From TPA_inf: Saccharomyces (lineage: Eukaryota), in NCBI GenBank assembly GCA_000146045.2, contig BK006938.2, positions 992,001 through 1,056,000 on the forward strand: 64,000 nt of DNA. Reading direction: 5' to 3'. The translations under genes and the position numbers were made by a program. Below the pieces are notes generated by a model, which saw only the letters and a list, made by a program, of their open reading frames with translations, was not told where the DNA came from and made no database searches. This document shows, piece after piece, positions 1 to 11,502 of the stretch (position 1 is the stretch's first letter; every line of letters starts with the position of its first letter).

Positions 1-349
1 TTTGATAAGGTGTATACGGAATCATAGATGGGTGTCCGTAAAATGACCAACCAGATGGATTGGCTTGGTTTTGGGTCATCATGCACTGCTGTGGGTACGG
101 CCCATTCTGTGGAGGTGGTACTGAAGCAGGTTGAGGAGAGGCATGATGGGGGTTCTCTGGAACAGCTGATGAAGCAGGTGTTGTTGTCTGTTGAGAGTTA
201 GCCTTAGTGGAAGCCTTCTCACATTCTTCTGTTTTGGAAGCTGAAACGTCTAACGGATCTTGATTTGTGTGGACTTCCTTAGAAGTAACCGAAGCACAGG
301 CGCTACCATGAGAAATGGGTGAATGTTGAGATAATTGTTGGGATTCCAT
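1..349 (-). CDS. TYA: Ty1 TYA (Gag) N-terminal fragment. The ATG lies inside the LTR, as in Ty1. The ORF runs off the window edge.
   Basis: The reverse-complement translation from position 349 downward gives [116 protein letters not shown]. Confidence 0.85.
299..308 (-). other. Ty1 minus-strand primer-binding site (complementary to the initiator tRNA-Met 3' end).
   Basis: The + strand reads GGCGCTACCA, so the minus strand reads TGGTAGCGCC, directly abutting the LTR end. Confidence 0.85.
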
Positions 350-642
350 TGTTGATAAAGGCTATAATATTAGGTATACAGAATATACTAGAAGTTCTCC
401 TCAAGGATTTAGGAATCCATAAAAGGGAATCTGCAATTCTACACAATTCTATAAATATTATTATCATCGTTTTATATGTTAATATTCATTGATCCTATTA
501 CATTATCAATCCTTGCGTTTCAGCTTCCACTAATTTAGATGACTATTTCTCATCATTTGCGTCATCTTCTAACACCGTATATGATAATATACTAGTAACG
601 TAAATACTAGTTAGTAGATGATAGTTGATTTTTATTCCAACA
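309..642 (-). repeat. Ty1 delta (5' LTR), 334 bp.
   Basis: The TGTTGG terminus is at 642 on the minus strand and TCTCA is at 309. The length is exactly 334 bp. The internal sequence matches the canonical delta. Confidence 0.9.
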
Positions 643-745
643 AGTTATATTATCAATATATTATCATATACGGTGTTAAGATGATGACATAAGTTATGAG
701 AAGCTATCATCGAAGTTAGAGGAAGCTGAAGTGCAAGAATTGTTT
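643..745 (+). repeat. Truncated solo delta fragment in the orientation opposite to the adjacent Ty1. It is probably a pre-existing LTR that the Ty1 inserted next to or into.
   Basis: AGTTATATTATCAATATATTATCATATACGGTGTTAAGATGATGACATAAGTTATGAGAAGCT...GGAAGCTGAAGTGCAAGAATTG matches delta positions ~35-140. Similarity is lost after ~745. Confidence 0.7.
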
Positions 746-831
746 CATATGTGATTTATGAACATTTAGCATGATTTATTGTCATATTGAGGTATGGTAT
801 GTCGATGATAAAACAAATCCAACAATTGTGA

Positions 832-902
832 GCGCAAGTGGTTTAGTGGTAAAATCCAACGTTGCCATCGTTGGGCCCCCGGTTCGATTCCGGGCTTGCG
901 CA
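832..902 (+). tRNA. tG(GCC): tRNA-Gly (anticodon GCC), 71 nt, followed by a T7 Pol III terminator.
   Basis: The sequence GCGCAAGTGGTTTAGTGGTAAAATCCAACGTTGCCATCGTTGGGCCCCCGGTTCGATTCCGGGCTTGCGCA has the A box and the B box (GGTTCGATTCC). TTTTTTT follows at 903-909. Confidence 0.95.
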
Positions 903-1133
903 CTTTTTTAGCAACTATTAGCGATCAATATGAAGGGTTTAGAGACTAGGTGCCTGCCTCGCCTACTCAGCATTCGTTCAGTCAATATTTTATATCACCG
1001 TTAATAATGATTAAGCAGTTTTTTTTGTTAATAAATCCGGTCATCGGGCTAACTAATCTTCAAGAACAACTAGACGGTCATCCCCTTTTGCTTCATAACT
1101 TCTCCTTATAATATAAAAACTTACAAAACGACC

Positions 1134-1952
1134 ATGATATTCAATCTACCTGTTAGTGTGCTGCTTTATTTTTCTTTGATATGGGCAATGGAGCCTAGTT
1201 TCGTAAGAGGTAAGAACGTCGTCAACTTAATTACTTTCAAAGATTCAAATGGCAAGCTGCACAAGCGGTTAGCACCAGAGGAAATACCGCCCCGGCTACA
1301 TAATTCTCAAGTAAATTCTTATCCATTAGGATATAAGGGAATGCGTGACTTTTCAAGACCCGCAGTGAATTTAGATGATATTTTAGGGACACAGCAAAGA
1401 AAGCAGCAAGAGTTTTTGGCTGAATTGTCTCCTTTATCCTTAGAATCAAAGTTGTCATTAGTGAACGAGGTCCAAATATTTGCAAGCTATGTGCGAAATG
1501 ATGTTGAAACATATAACAAAGTAAGTGACCCCAACGAAGATTTGATTATTATTGCACCAACGAACAGGGCTGTCTCTCAGCTTACTTTAAAACCGTGGCA
1601 ATTTCCGAATAATATTGATAAGCTTGAAAGTGATGGTGCCACCGAGAAGGAACTTGATACGGCAATACAAGAGAATATCTCCAAATTTGTGAGATCTCAT
1701 ATTGTAGTGTACAATGATGATAAAAATTCCTACAAGAAGGTGAGTCCAGGATGTACGCTCCTGCAGAGTATTGACTTCACAGAAAGCAAGAAAAGCGATT
1801 CGGAAACTGGTGGTGATATTTTACTCAAAAAAGAAGGAGAAGTATATTATGTAGCTTCCTCCAGAGACGAGAAATTTCATGCCGTCGAGAGCATTGAAAA
1901 TGGAAGCAATGGTGTTATTTTGATGGTTGATTTCACCCTGGTGGGTCCTTAG
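1134..1952 (+). CDS. YDR262W: YDR262W-like secreted/vacuolar protein of unknown function (272 aa).
   Basis: The ORF of 272 aa starts with a hydrophobic N-terminal signal peptide (MIFNLPVSVLLYFSLIWA). Its position between tG(GCC) and DIN7 fits the chrIV synteny. Confidence 0.8.
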   Translation: MIFNLPVSVLLYFSLIWAMEPSFVRGKNVVNLITFKDSNGKLHKRLAPEEIPPRLHNSQVNSYPLGYKGMRDFSRPAVNLDDILGTQQRKQQEFLAELSPLSLESKLSLVNEVQIFASYVRNDVETYNKVSDPNEDLIIIAPTNRAVSQLTLKPWQFPNNIDKLESDGATEKELDTAIQENISKFVRSHIVVYNDDKNSYKKVSPGCTLLQSIDFTESKKSDSETGGDILLKKEGEVYYVASSRDEKFHAVESIENGSNGVILMVDFTLVGP

Positions 1953-2241
1953 TTATGTGTTGCTTATGGTTTTGACTTCCTTGACCCCATACAAATTGCG
2001 TTCTTTATTTTTTTTGGTTATAATTTATTAATAATGGCGAGTAGGATCGGCCTATCTTTATGGAGTTTACAACATAATATATACATTGGTATCAATTTGT
2101 TTTATAGTTATATTTTCTCTAGTATGTGAACGATAATTTTGTTTTACGAATCCTTATATTAATGCTTAGCTGGGGCCGGTGGAATAAGAATACAACTATG
2201 AAAATATTACAACAATACCTTCGAACATATATATACACCAC

Positions 2242-3534
2242 TTAGAAAATTGATGGTACGGTGCCTGAGATCGCTGCTGGTGAGGTCATATAAATAGAGG
2301 ATGCGTTTTTGTTATCAAGAGAATTCTCCCTCTCCGATAACACGTCCTGCGTATCCACTAGCGGTTGCTCCACTTTCTTATTGAATGAGTTGGATTCACC
2401 CCCAAGTAGACCTACTTTAAACAGCTTTCTTGCTTTTAATTTTCTTTCTCTATTAATAAGTTTAGAAGCCATATCTACAGGGTGCAACTCCCCTTTTGCT
2501 ATCATTTCATGAACTTTGTGATCAATATTTTTAGTATTAATGACATCTTTTCGTACCCCTGATCCCCTTTCAACAACGGAACCAATACATTTCATAATTT
2601 TAATAATTTCAGCGTGGGAATTTGTGACTGCTTTAGGAATATTATTTAAAGTTGTAATCTGATTTGATAGAGGACAAAACACTCTTTGGTATTGAAACGC
2701 ATAATTGGCGAACTCAACCTGCTGCTTGAACGCCTTACTGAAACAAAGTTTTTCTGTCCGTTCTATTTGTATAAGGATGTCTTTCATTTCAGAATACCGT
2801 TTCACAATCTTCATAGCAGTGACTACACCCACTTTCCAAATTCCGCTAGTGTAATCACACCCTGCTAAACAAACTAGATTACGAAATTGTTGTTCACTTA
2901 ATTCTCCTAGAGGGAAATTTTCAGGTAAAGCTGAAAAATCGTCTTTTGAGATTTCTAAAGCTTTTCCCTGATCATTTAACTTTGTTATGAGTGTTTTACA
3001 ACCAAAGACCAACAAATCAGAATCTTCTGATATGATACCCTGTATAAGGCCCATTTTTTCCAAGTAAACCATTTGCGGATCTGCTTCAAATGGTGCAACA
3101 ATGTAGGGAATTGAATGTAGTTTGCAATAATCAATAATACATTTCGCCATTTCTGGTGTGATGTCAACACTTTTTTGAAAATATTCCATTGCATTATATC
3201 TGTTGCCGGCTGACCACAATTTCTTTGCAATCATTTCGTTTTCTAACCTTTTCTTTCTTCTTCTAGTTTCTGTATGATTTTTCACAAAAAGGGAATCACC
3301 ATCAAAAACTATATATGGCTTGATCTTAAGGCGTTTTAGGAGTTGCAGCCTTTTAATGAAAAATTGCAAGTATTTGTTTGTTGGCTTATTCATCACAAGT
3401 TCAAAAGCACACGCACAAGAAGCCCTGTGTAGCCACGCATAACCATCAATGGCTAATGTTTGATACATGTATTTTTTCAGGGACACCTGTTTTTGAATTC
3501 TCTTTAATTGAGGCAGTAAGCCAGGTATTCCCAT
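2242..3534 (-). CDS. DIN7: DIN7, an XPG/Rad2-family 5' nuclease (430 aa).
   Basis: The N-terminus reads MGIPGLLP... and the XPG N and I domains are present. The length is 430 aa. Confidence 0.85.
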   Translation of the reverse strand: MGIPGLLPQLKRIQKQVSLKKYMYQTLAIDGYAWLHRASCACAFELVMNKPTNKYLQFFIKRLQLLKRLKIKPYIVFDGDSLFVKNHTETRRRKKRLENEMIAKKLWSAGNRYNAMEYFQKSVDITPEMAKCIIDYCKLHSIPYIVAPFEADPQMVYLEKMGLIQGIISEDSDLLVFGCKTLITKLNDQGKALEISKDDFSALPENFPLGELSEQQFRNLVCLAGCDYTSGIWKVGVVTAMKIVKRYSEMKDILIQIERTEKLCFSKAFKQQVEFANYAFQYQRVFCPLSNQITTLNNIPKAVTNSHAEIIKIMKCIGSVVERGSGVRKDVINTKNIDHKVHEMIAKGELHPVDMASKLINRERKLKARKLFKVGLLGGESNSFNKKVEQPLVDTQDVLSERENSLDNKNASSIYMTSPAAISGTVPSIF

Positions 3535-4028
3535 TCCTATCGAATAATAATGTTCTTGTTGTTAATTTTGATGATCGTTTTCTCTTACTCGCTAAACAAT
3601 ATCTCTTTCCATATTAAGCCCATAAATATGATTACTTTTCTCGAATTACCACGAACGACATAGAGTGCCACATATCCCTTTTGTGCAACTATTATCCTTT
3701 AACGTGTCACGGAACGCGTCAAAATGGTAATATGTAAACAAAGGAAAGTGAAATCAAAACAAAACTAGGGCAGCTTCCAGTAATTTCCCAAAACAAACAT
3801 ATGTATATTATATATATATGTGCTTTGAAATGAATGTTACAAATGTGGCTATCTTCATTTTTTCAGCTAAACATTTATTAACCACCTCATGAGCTTTCCT
3901 AATAGTCCTTGATTCAGCCAATCACTTATAAGAAGCACTGCAGCTTGAGGCATAAACTTTTCTATACTCACAGTTGTTTGATAAAAGGCTAAAATATACA
4001 GTTTCTCCTAATGAAAACAACAAAATTT

Positions 4029-6323
4029 TCATACCATATCATTTCCTTGTTCAACATCCTTATTTGGCAATTTGTAAAGCTTAAAATAGTCAACTTCTAT
4101 CCCGTTGAGCAAAGCTTTAGAGCCCGAAGGAGGATACAAAATTCGCCTCCACAAAGGCGCATTTATATCGCTTGTAAGCCAAAAGTCTTTAACATTTCTT
4201 TTCCAACCGTAATTTGTTGGTATTCTTGATGTAATCGAATACACATTATGTCCGGTGCTATCCTTGATGCCAATGGTTTCTTTTATAACCGCTAACCACT
4301 GATCCATACCAGTCACCGCGTAACAAACGCCAAAACAAGTGCGTGGTTTCCTTATCGTTGAGCCTGGGACTGGTGCTAGTACAGTATCATTACTCTCCTC
4401 ACCCGGATCAATCGACGGCGCAAATCCTTCTGGAGTAGTATTGAAGTTTTCATTGAAAGATAACCCATCGGGGCCAATGGACTTACTCTCTTTCATCAAA
4501 ACATTGAATTCTGTATTGGTCATTCCTTTACATATTTGAAAGGCTTGGACGAAGATCAAACTTGCAACCCAAATAGATTGGAGTAAAGCCCATAATAATA
4601 TCAGAAAGACAAATCTATCATATATTAATCCCGAACAGAGATCTGAAGCGCCTAGGATGAAACATTTGCCATTTTTCTGGGATGTATCTTCGTGTGCATC
4701 TTCAAGTTCATCAAAATATTCCAGGCAAAGTGCAAGAAATGTGAAAATACCACTTTCCATTAATGTAATAAAAAATATAAATGCTTTGTGATTTTTGAGT
4801 CCGACATCATTAAAGATCCAAGGGCAGTAATGATCAAATCTTGCAACCACAGCATTGTTTAAGGGCGAAAATTTGCTTCTTAGAGGTTTTCTAATCCAAG
4901 TTTCGATACAAAAGTTCTTCGTATCAAATTTACCGATTTCGAGCAAGTTCGAGATTGTTTGTCGCACGTTCTCATGATCAGTTTCTTCTGGCAAACATCC
5001 TGGGTCCATAATAACAAGCTGCCCAAAAAGGTAAAATACAGAAACAAGTATTACCAGCATTAGGATGTTAGTATATTGTTCATCAGAAAATGTTCGAGGC
5101 ATAACTTTGAAAAACCAAACGATAGTCACCCAAAGTAAAGTGCCAAAAAAAACACCGGATAACAAAGGTGACCTTAACAAGGTAACGTTGTGGACACCCA
5201 TTCGTCCATATGACGGCAGAACGAATTTGTTCAAGCCTTTGTTAGTGGCAATGGCCAATAAAAAAAGGACAATGATTACAAACAAAGGGTTAATATGAGA
5301 GAAAAGAGCAAATGCGATTCCTAGAAATAGAAATGGCGTTATGAATGTAACGAGCTTAGCATGTTGACTTTTTTTGAACCATTTTTTAATGGGATAACCA
5401 TGGTAGTCGAATCCAGAATGTGTTAGAGCCTCTCTAAGTGAGTACACAGTGTTCATTTCTTGAGCAATAGCAAAGCAATCTTTTCCGGTATCCGTTTTTT
5501 GGAAAAAATCTGCACCATCTTGAATCAAGTATTTTAGTACATGTGGTTGCCCTTTTACAGTGCCCCAGTGCAGTGGGGTGAATCCTTCTGTATCTGCGAT
5601 CTTTATGCTGGCACCAAATTTCAACAATTCTGCTACAGTTAGGGAATCTCCCTGGTAAGCAGCCCATAGTAGTGAAGTTCTGCCCTTTGGGTCTCGGCAA
5701 TCTATATCTAAAAGACCTTTGCTGACAACGTTGAATAAAACGTATAGAACTAGCATTATATTTGAGCTGTTCACAGATAAGTGTAGTAGATTGAAACCTT
5801 GGTCATCGGTCATGGTGGGATCAGCTCCATGCTTAAGCAAAAAATCGACAATGTACACGTACCCATACCTTGCAGCCCAATGTAATGGTGTGGCATGCAA
5901 AGCACCAGCCCTTGCATTGACATCAGCGCCTTGTGAAACTAGAAAATCCACTACAGAAAGTCTGTTATTAATACTTGCCCAATGCAAACCAGTGATATGT
6001 TCCGTAGAGTCACCGTCGTTATTAACTTCGAGCAACTTTCCATGTATCATTTCTTTGACAGTCGCTAGATCACCTCTTTGGCAAGCGGTATGGTAGCGAG
6101 TTAACAGAGGATCTTCTTCGGCCTCATCATTATGATTCACCTGCTCGTTCCCGCTTTCCTCTTCATTTCCTGATCGGATAGCCTTTAATGATGCCAACGA
6201 AGTAATTTCGTTAGAATCACCCAGACTAATATCTTCCTGTGAGTCGTTATTGCTAGGATCAACCGTTTGCTCTTCATTCGTCAAGGTCGACGCCCGTGGC
6301 ACATTCTCTAATTCGTTCACCAT
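4029..6323 (-). CDS. AKR1: AKR1, an ankyrin-repeat DHHC palmitoyltransferase (764 aa, counted from the second Met of the track ORF).
   Basis: Ankyrin repeats are present (GLHWASINN..., [10 protein letters not shown]...). Multiple transmembrane segments and the DHYC variant of the DHHC motif ([12 protein letters not shown]) are present. Confidence 0.9.
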
Positions 6324-6863
6324 CAATTAGCTACTCTGAACAAAGAAGTGTTTTTTTATCTAGACGAAACGGAAATGATATATTCTACTTCGTGGTTTGT
6401 AATCTACTAATCGACCGTATATATTCCTCGCTTGCACTTGTGTCTGTACATTACTTCGTTTTATAGATCGTTCAATATGAGGGTGTAATAAGAAAGTACG
6501 AAACAATGGGCTGGCTTTATCACCCGGAGTGTAGGGTACGGATGTTTGTGATCAGAGTAACCCAATGCTAAAAGTCGTTCGGAGGAATAAGCAGCAAAAC
6601 GTGAATTGATAATATTATAGGAGCCAAAGTTCTAACAATGATAACGTCTCAACAGCTACATGAGCTGTCCATATGTGCATCTTCTTGCAAGTAATCAGCC
6701 GGTTTTATCACAATTTTTACCCACCGTGATAATCTGAGAGGGCGAAGTAGGTATTAGCCGTTTACATTAGAAAAATAAGGTAGTGGTAATAAAGCACACT
6801 ACACATCGAAGAAAGAAACAGACACTACTACATCGGTGGGGGGTCATACAATAGAGGACCAAA

Positions 6864-7877
6864 ATGAAGAATGATAATAAGTTGCAAAAGGAAGCACTTA
6901 TGCGACTATCGCAGCTAAGATTTCCATTTGCCGATGCTCCAAGTATAGTACAAGCGCATCAAAAAGATGAACAAATCCAGGGCCTTTTGATTATGAAAGT
7001 GACTGAATTGTGCAAATTGATAAAGAGTCAATTGTTTGTTAACTCTTACCCTAAGGAACTGTCCATATTTGCCAAGCTCCTGTATTTGCTCTTTACTACA
7101 GGAAGACGTGGTAGAACGTTAGGTGAGGAATATGTTGACTTGACATACACTAATAGGAAGGGTACCAGACTTGCAGGACGGCTCAAAATGATTGTATTCG
7201 CTTTCGCTTATCCTTTATGTCCATATTTCATCACCAAACTATACAAGAAAATAATGAAGAACAACAAGGAAAGTAAAATTGAAGATACTGAAAGTGTTGC
7301 CGCGTTTTGTAAGGGCCTTTTAGATTTCATTTTAGACGTACACATGACCCTCTTTTATTTCAAAGGAGCTTTTTACAGTATTTCCAAAAGGATTTTTGGT
7401 ATGAGATATGTTTTTAAACATATATTGTCAAAAAATGAGGCCAATTTTAGAGAAGAGGGCTCACAAAAGTACAAAGTATTAGGTTATATCCTATTAGCTC
7501 AAAATGTTATGAAATGGTACCCTGTCCTAACCTCTACGCTCGGGTCCTGGATTTATGGGAGAAAAAGGACCAATGATTCAATTACTAGGTCGTCTGTTGG
7601 TCTACAGGAGCGTTCAGAACATGAATCTATAGAAGGCATACCGAAGGAATCGCAGCTGACTCATATAAATTTGTCAGATAAAAACCAATTGCCATTTATT
7701 CCAGAAGCCTCGAGAAAATGCATCCTATGTCTCATGAACATGAGTGATCCTAGCTGCGCGCCATGTGGACATCTATTTTGTTGGAGTTGTCTTATGAGCT
7801 GGTGTAAAGAGAGGCCAGAATGCCCCTTGTGCAGACAACACTGTCAACCACAGGAAATTCTGGTCCTGCGGCAATAG
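6864..7877 (+). CDS. PEX10: PEX10, a peroxisomal RING E3 (337 aa).
   Basis: A C-terminal C3HC4 RING is present (CILCLMNMSDPSCAPCGHLFCWSCLMSWCKERPECPLCR). The length is 337 aa. Confidence 0.88.
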   Translation: MKNDNKLQKEALMRLSQLRFPFADAPSIVQAHQKDEQIQGLLIMKVTELCKLIKSQLFVNSYPKELSIFAKLLYLLFTTGRRGRTLGEEYVDLTYTNRKGTRLAGRLKMIVFAFAYPLCPYFITKLYKKIMKNNKESKIEDTESVAAFCKGLLDFILDVHMTLFYFKGAFYSISKRIFGMRYVFKHILSKNEANFREEGSQKYKVLGYILLAQNVMKWYPVLTSTLGSWIYGRKRTNDSITRSSVGLQERSEHESIEGIPKESQLTHINLSDKNQLPFIPEASRKCILCLMNMSDPSCAPCGHLFCWSCLMSWCKERPECPLCRQHCQPQEILVLRQ

Positions 7878-8103
7878 AGGAACTAATCAATAATTTGACT
7901 ACTCTTTTAGCATTGTCCACAGGCCTTTTTCAGAAATAACGCAGACGTCTGAGCAGGAGAAGTAAAACGCGAAGGGGAAATAATGCTTTTTAGTCTTGTA
8001 ATTATATTAATTAATTAAATAAGTTTTTCTTTATCGGAATTTTATTTAAGACTTTCATTTCTCTAATGCTATTGTCAGTTACAGGTTAGAAATATATTTC
8101 CAA

Positions 8104-10023
8104 CTATACACCAATGTGGAATAACAGCTGCTTTTGTTTGCCTTTCTTTTTATTTCCTCCACTAGTTGTGTTCAATTCCCTCAAATTATCGTGCACGTTA
8201 GTATCTTGTGTGCTTGACTTTTTACCCCACTGCTTAGGATCAGCAATTTGGGGTCTGTTCAGACCTGGAATTTGCACCTTTGGCTTTGGTGGAGGTAGTT
8301 GAGGTAGGTTGAGACTTTTCAATTTATCTTTGCTATTATTTAGAGAAGTAGAAGAGGAACCCTTTTTACTTTCCAAATAGGTTGGAGAGAAGGCGACTGT
8401 ATTAGTGGAAGTTCGATAACTAACTGATTGAGGTGTAGTTCTTTTAATGTTTTGCACGGGTCTCAGAGTGTTTTTTTTTACGGTGGTTGCAAAGGGATCA
8501 TACGACGCTGAAGGACTTTTCAGGGTTGGAAGATTTTTGATATTCCTAACGCCTAATGCTGCACCAGCGCTGCCCCCATCGTTTGTTCCACCCCAATGGC
8601 CCCTGCCTATTGACATTGAAAGGGAAGAATCACTAGATAAAGAAGGTAGTGAAGTTTGTCGTGCAAGGGTTTGCTCTCTTTGTTCATATATGGCGTTCAG
8701 ATTATTGTATTTGGAGGAGTTTTTGGGAAAGGTTTCAGCTAAGTTATGAATCAATAAATATACATCCGCATTTGGTTTTGTGAATAACAATTTATATGAT
8801 TCCAATAATTTTTCAGCACTTAAGCGACCTTTAGAATAATCTTCGTTATAAGAAGAAAACTTATTGAAGTCTTCTTTGGAATTTTCCAGATAGTATTTTG
8901 CTCTTTCTGCCAATCTTAGTCTACTTTCCTCGGGAGAACTAGCAGATCTCACATCAGTTCTAGAGCCGGATGATGAACCCGGTAGGGAAGATATAGATGG
9001 AAGGTCGTAATCATCTCTTTCCCTGATCACTCTAGATGGAGCCGAGATAAAAGTAGAAAGTTCTGACTGGAAAAACTTTGGCTTTCCCTTCAGGATATTA
9101 CCATGCTCCTGCAAAATGTGGGCTTGTAACTCCAACTCGTCTTTAAATACGACAAACTTGTTATCTAAGCAAGTTTGGACGGTGCAAACGTAATGCGAAT
9201 GTTTAAAGTGGTCAAAAAGCTGATTATAATCCTTAAAGTATTGAGGAGAAGCGGGGTTCATCTTATCACAAATATGGCACTTTTCATGCTGATTTCTCAT
9301 GTGAATGTACAATTCGTCGTCTGAATAAAATCGTTTTCCGGAACAGAAGGCACACATAGGGTGGCCTTTGAATCCTTCTGAATTACCCTTAGTTTGATGG
9401 TTGCGTAATTGATTTTGGGTGAATATTTCAAGCTCACAAGGGAATGCATGCTTATGGGTTGCACATATTAAACAGATCATTCTGTTATGTTCAGATTTCA
9501 AGTGTTCATTATATTTCTTGAAACTACCAAAGTCACAAACTTGTTCATCCTTCGATAGGGGACAAAAAAATTTTAAAAGATTTAGTGTTTCGGTAGCAAC
9601 CTCTTCGCTAGTGAAATTTATTCCATATTTTTCATTTTTTTCGCAAAAGTTATATTTATCTGAAATATCACCATCTATGCGATCGGTAAACATGACTTCT
9701 TCATTCTCCGTTCTGCAAATCAAACAGCTTTTCTTGTTGTACAAAGCTCGTTGTCTGAAACCACAGATATGGCATGTCTTATGATGGCATGGTGTTAGAG
9801 ATACGTATGTTAACTTGCGCGCACAAATTACACATAATTCATTTTCTTCATCAGTATCATCTGCGCTTGAAGTGGTGAGGTTGGGTTCAGCAGAAAGGTT
9901 ATTTTTCTTTTGCTTTCTTCTGAAATTCTTCCTGTCGTTGTGAGGTTTTGTATTATTTTGGGGCCCTTGAGTACGACGGAAGTTACGTGTCGGAGTAACG
10001 TTTTCTTTCACTGATTCGCTCAT
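8104..10023 (-). CDS. HEL2: HEL2, a RING-type E3 ubiquitin ligase (639 aa).
   Basis: An N-terminal RING is present (CVICARKL...CHHKTCHIC...CLICR) with multiple C2H2-like zinc fingers. The length is 639 aa. Confidence 0.85.
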   Translation of the reverse strand: MSESVKENVTPTRNFRRTQGPQNNTKPHNDRKNFRRKQKKNNLSAEPNLTTSSADDTDEENELCVICARKLTYVSLTPCHHKTCHICGFRQRALYNKKSCLICRTENEEVMFTDRIDGDISDKYNFCEKNEKYGINFTSEEVATETLNLLKFFCPLSKDEQVCDFGSFKKYNEHLKSEHNRMICLICATHKHAFPCELEIFTQNQLRNHQTKGNSEGFKGHPMCAFCSGKRFYSDDELYIHMRNQHEKCHICDKMNPASPQYFKDYNQLFDHFKHSHYVCTVQTCLDNKFVVFKDELELQAHILQEHGNILKGKPKFFQSELSTFISAPSRVIRERDDYDLPSISSLPGSSSGSRTDVRSASSPEESRLRLAERAKYYLENSKEDFNKFSSYNEDYSKGRLSAEKLLESYKLLFTKPNADVYLLIHNLAETFPKNSSKYNNLNAIYEQREQTLARQTSLPSLSSDSSLSMSIGRGHWGGTNDGGSAGAALGVRNIKNLPTLKSPSASYDPFATTVKKNTLRPVQNIKRTTPQSVSYRTSTNTVAFSPTYLESKKGSSSTSLNNSKDKLKSLNLPQLPPPKPKVQIPGLNRPQIADPKQWGKKSSTQDTNVHDNLRELNTTSGGNKKKGKQKQLLFHIGV

Positions 10024-10509
10024 CCTAATTCTTGAAAAGAAGTATAGCCACTATTTTTTCGACGAAAGAGACTGTATCAAAATGCACTTTATGGATCTTT
10101 TTCAGCTAGGTATGCGCTCGACGATTTGTTGAATATGGCTGAGTGGGCAGTCGTTCAGATGCCCTTTTCAAAATCTTAAGAGAAAATCAGAAAATATAGC
10201 TATTATTAAGAGTGACCGCGAGTATGAAACTTTCAGTGTAACCTTTCTTTATTCGAGATAATGCTTAATTACAAGTCTTCCGAATATCTAATTTTTTTTT
10301 TTTTCATTTTTAAATTTCAGTTTTTACCGCATGCTTTTAATGCAGGGATATGTATAACGAGGTCACTCCGTCACACATGACAGAATTGCGTTATAGTGAT
10401 ACAAAGGTTTATGTAACTAGGTAGAAAAATCGTCATTAAGTTTATTTTTAGAATTCAGATCGATCACTGTGTTAATATGAGTTCCTGAATTGTACTCTTG
10501 CTTCTACAT

Positions 10510-11502
10510 CTACGCTGCTTTTTCTAGAGACCAGAAATTTACGATCCCGTCGTCACCGCCTGTTGCAAGTATAGTTTTACCATTTAACTCCAACCACTTC
10601 ACAACGTTGATTTCATAAACTCCATGACATAATGCACGTTTAGCAAAAACTTTCCATTCTCCGTCTACTTCTTCATAGACCGCTAGTACTCCATCCGCTC
10701 CTACACTAGCAATGAGGCCATTAAAGCCCCATGCAACATTGTATACCTGTCTTTTGTGTACATCCGGGAGAATAGCTTCACAAACCCATTCTTGTTGATC
10801 ATCCTCGTCGTCACCCATGTATTTCCATACCCGTACAGTGGAATCGTCGCTTCCACTGCACAGTCTAAACACGCCCTCAGTCTTGTCAAAATCAGAAGAC
10901 CAAACAGTTCCTTCATGGCCATTTAAGACAGCAACACATTCCCAGTCATCGTCATAGTCTTTCCATATCCTGACGGTGTCATCATAAGAACTTGAAGCCA
11001 GTAATGCTTCAGATGGATGCCATATAACATGTTTAACGTCTTGTGAATGTTCTTGCAAAACACTAATACACTCATATTCCTCGCCACTTTCATCTGTTTC
11101 CCATATCCACACGCTTTTATCTCTGGAACAGGTTGCTAGGTAATATCCATCATTCGACCACGCTACACCTTTTACTTCATTTTCGTGACCTTCGATAATA
11201 GCTAGCAGGTCCATCTCGAAAGTTCTGTCAGCAGATTCTTCCTTAGCCCAGATAGATACAGTGGAATCAAAAGAGCCAGCCGCTAACAGCGAAGTGTGAG
11301 GTCTCCACGCCACAGATCGAATCGCCTTTTTATGAGCAGTCTCATCTAGCACATCAATTAACGTAAAATCGTCATATTTCACGCTAACTAGCTTAATTTT
11401 TCGATCAGTTGAACCTGTTGCTAATATACCTTGAGAAAAGTCAAAAGACCATATCTTTTCCTTGTAAAGTTTCAAAGACTTAATCAGATTGATAGACGCC
11501 AT
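10510..11502 (-). CDS. CIA1: CIA1, a WD40 cytosolic Fe-S assembly protein (330 aa from the MASINLIK start).
   Basis: WD40 repeats run throughout. The track ORF begins MVMASINLIK. The annotated start is taken at the second Met. Confidence 0.85.
   Translation of the reverse strand: MASINLIKSLKLYKEKIWSFDFSQGILATGSTDRKIKLVSVKYDDFTLIDVLDETAHKKAIRSVAWRPHTSLLAAGSFDSTVSIWAKEESADRTFEMDLLAIIEGHENEVKGVAWSNDGYYLATCSRDKSVWIWETDESGEEYECISVLQEHSQDVKHVIWHPSEALLASSSYDDTVRIWKDYDDDWECVAVLNGHEGTVWSSDFDKTEGVFRLCSGSDDSTVRVWKYMGDDEDDQQEWVCEAILPDVHKRQVYNVAWGFNGLIASVGADGVLAVYEEVDGEWKVFAKRALCHGVYEINVVKWLELNGKTILATGGDDGIVNFWSLEKAA

Larger units (their letters stand above)
1..642 (-). mobile_element. 5' portion of a Ty1 retrotransposon (5' LTR, primer-binding site, start of TYA/Gag). 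The element continues beyond the window start.
   Basis: The minus strand reads TGTTGGAATAAAAATCAACTATC...CATTTCTCA (delta), immediately followed by TGGTAGCGCC (the tRNAi-Met primer-binding site). It then reads ATGGAATCCCAACAATTATCTCAACATTCACCCATTTCTCATGG..., which translates to [17 protein letters not shown]..., the Ty1 Gag N-terminus. Confidence 0.9.

Noticed and set aside
750-819. Possible third delta remnant whose TGTTGG terminus (CCAACA on the + strand, 814-819) sits 13 bp from the tRNA-Gly 5' end.
   Set aside because: Beyond the hexamer, the similarity to delta is too weak to support an independent LTR call.
1237-1512. Multiple 60-130-aa ORFs in the six-frame track lying antisense to or nested within large genes. 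Examples are 1237..1512, 5719..6096, 9419..9784, 13665..13988, 16395..16769, 36206..36589 and 46391..46762.
   Set aside because: Each is fully contained in a long, motif-validated ORF on the opposite strand or in another frame. They are expected by chance in 64 kb and no independent signal supports them.
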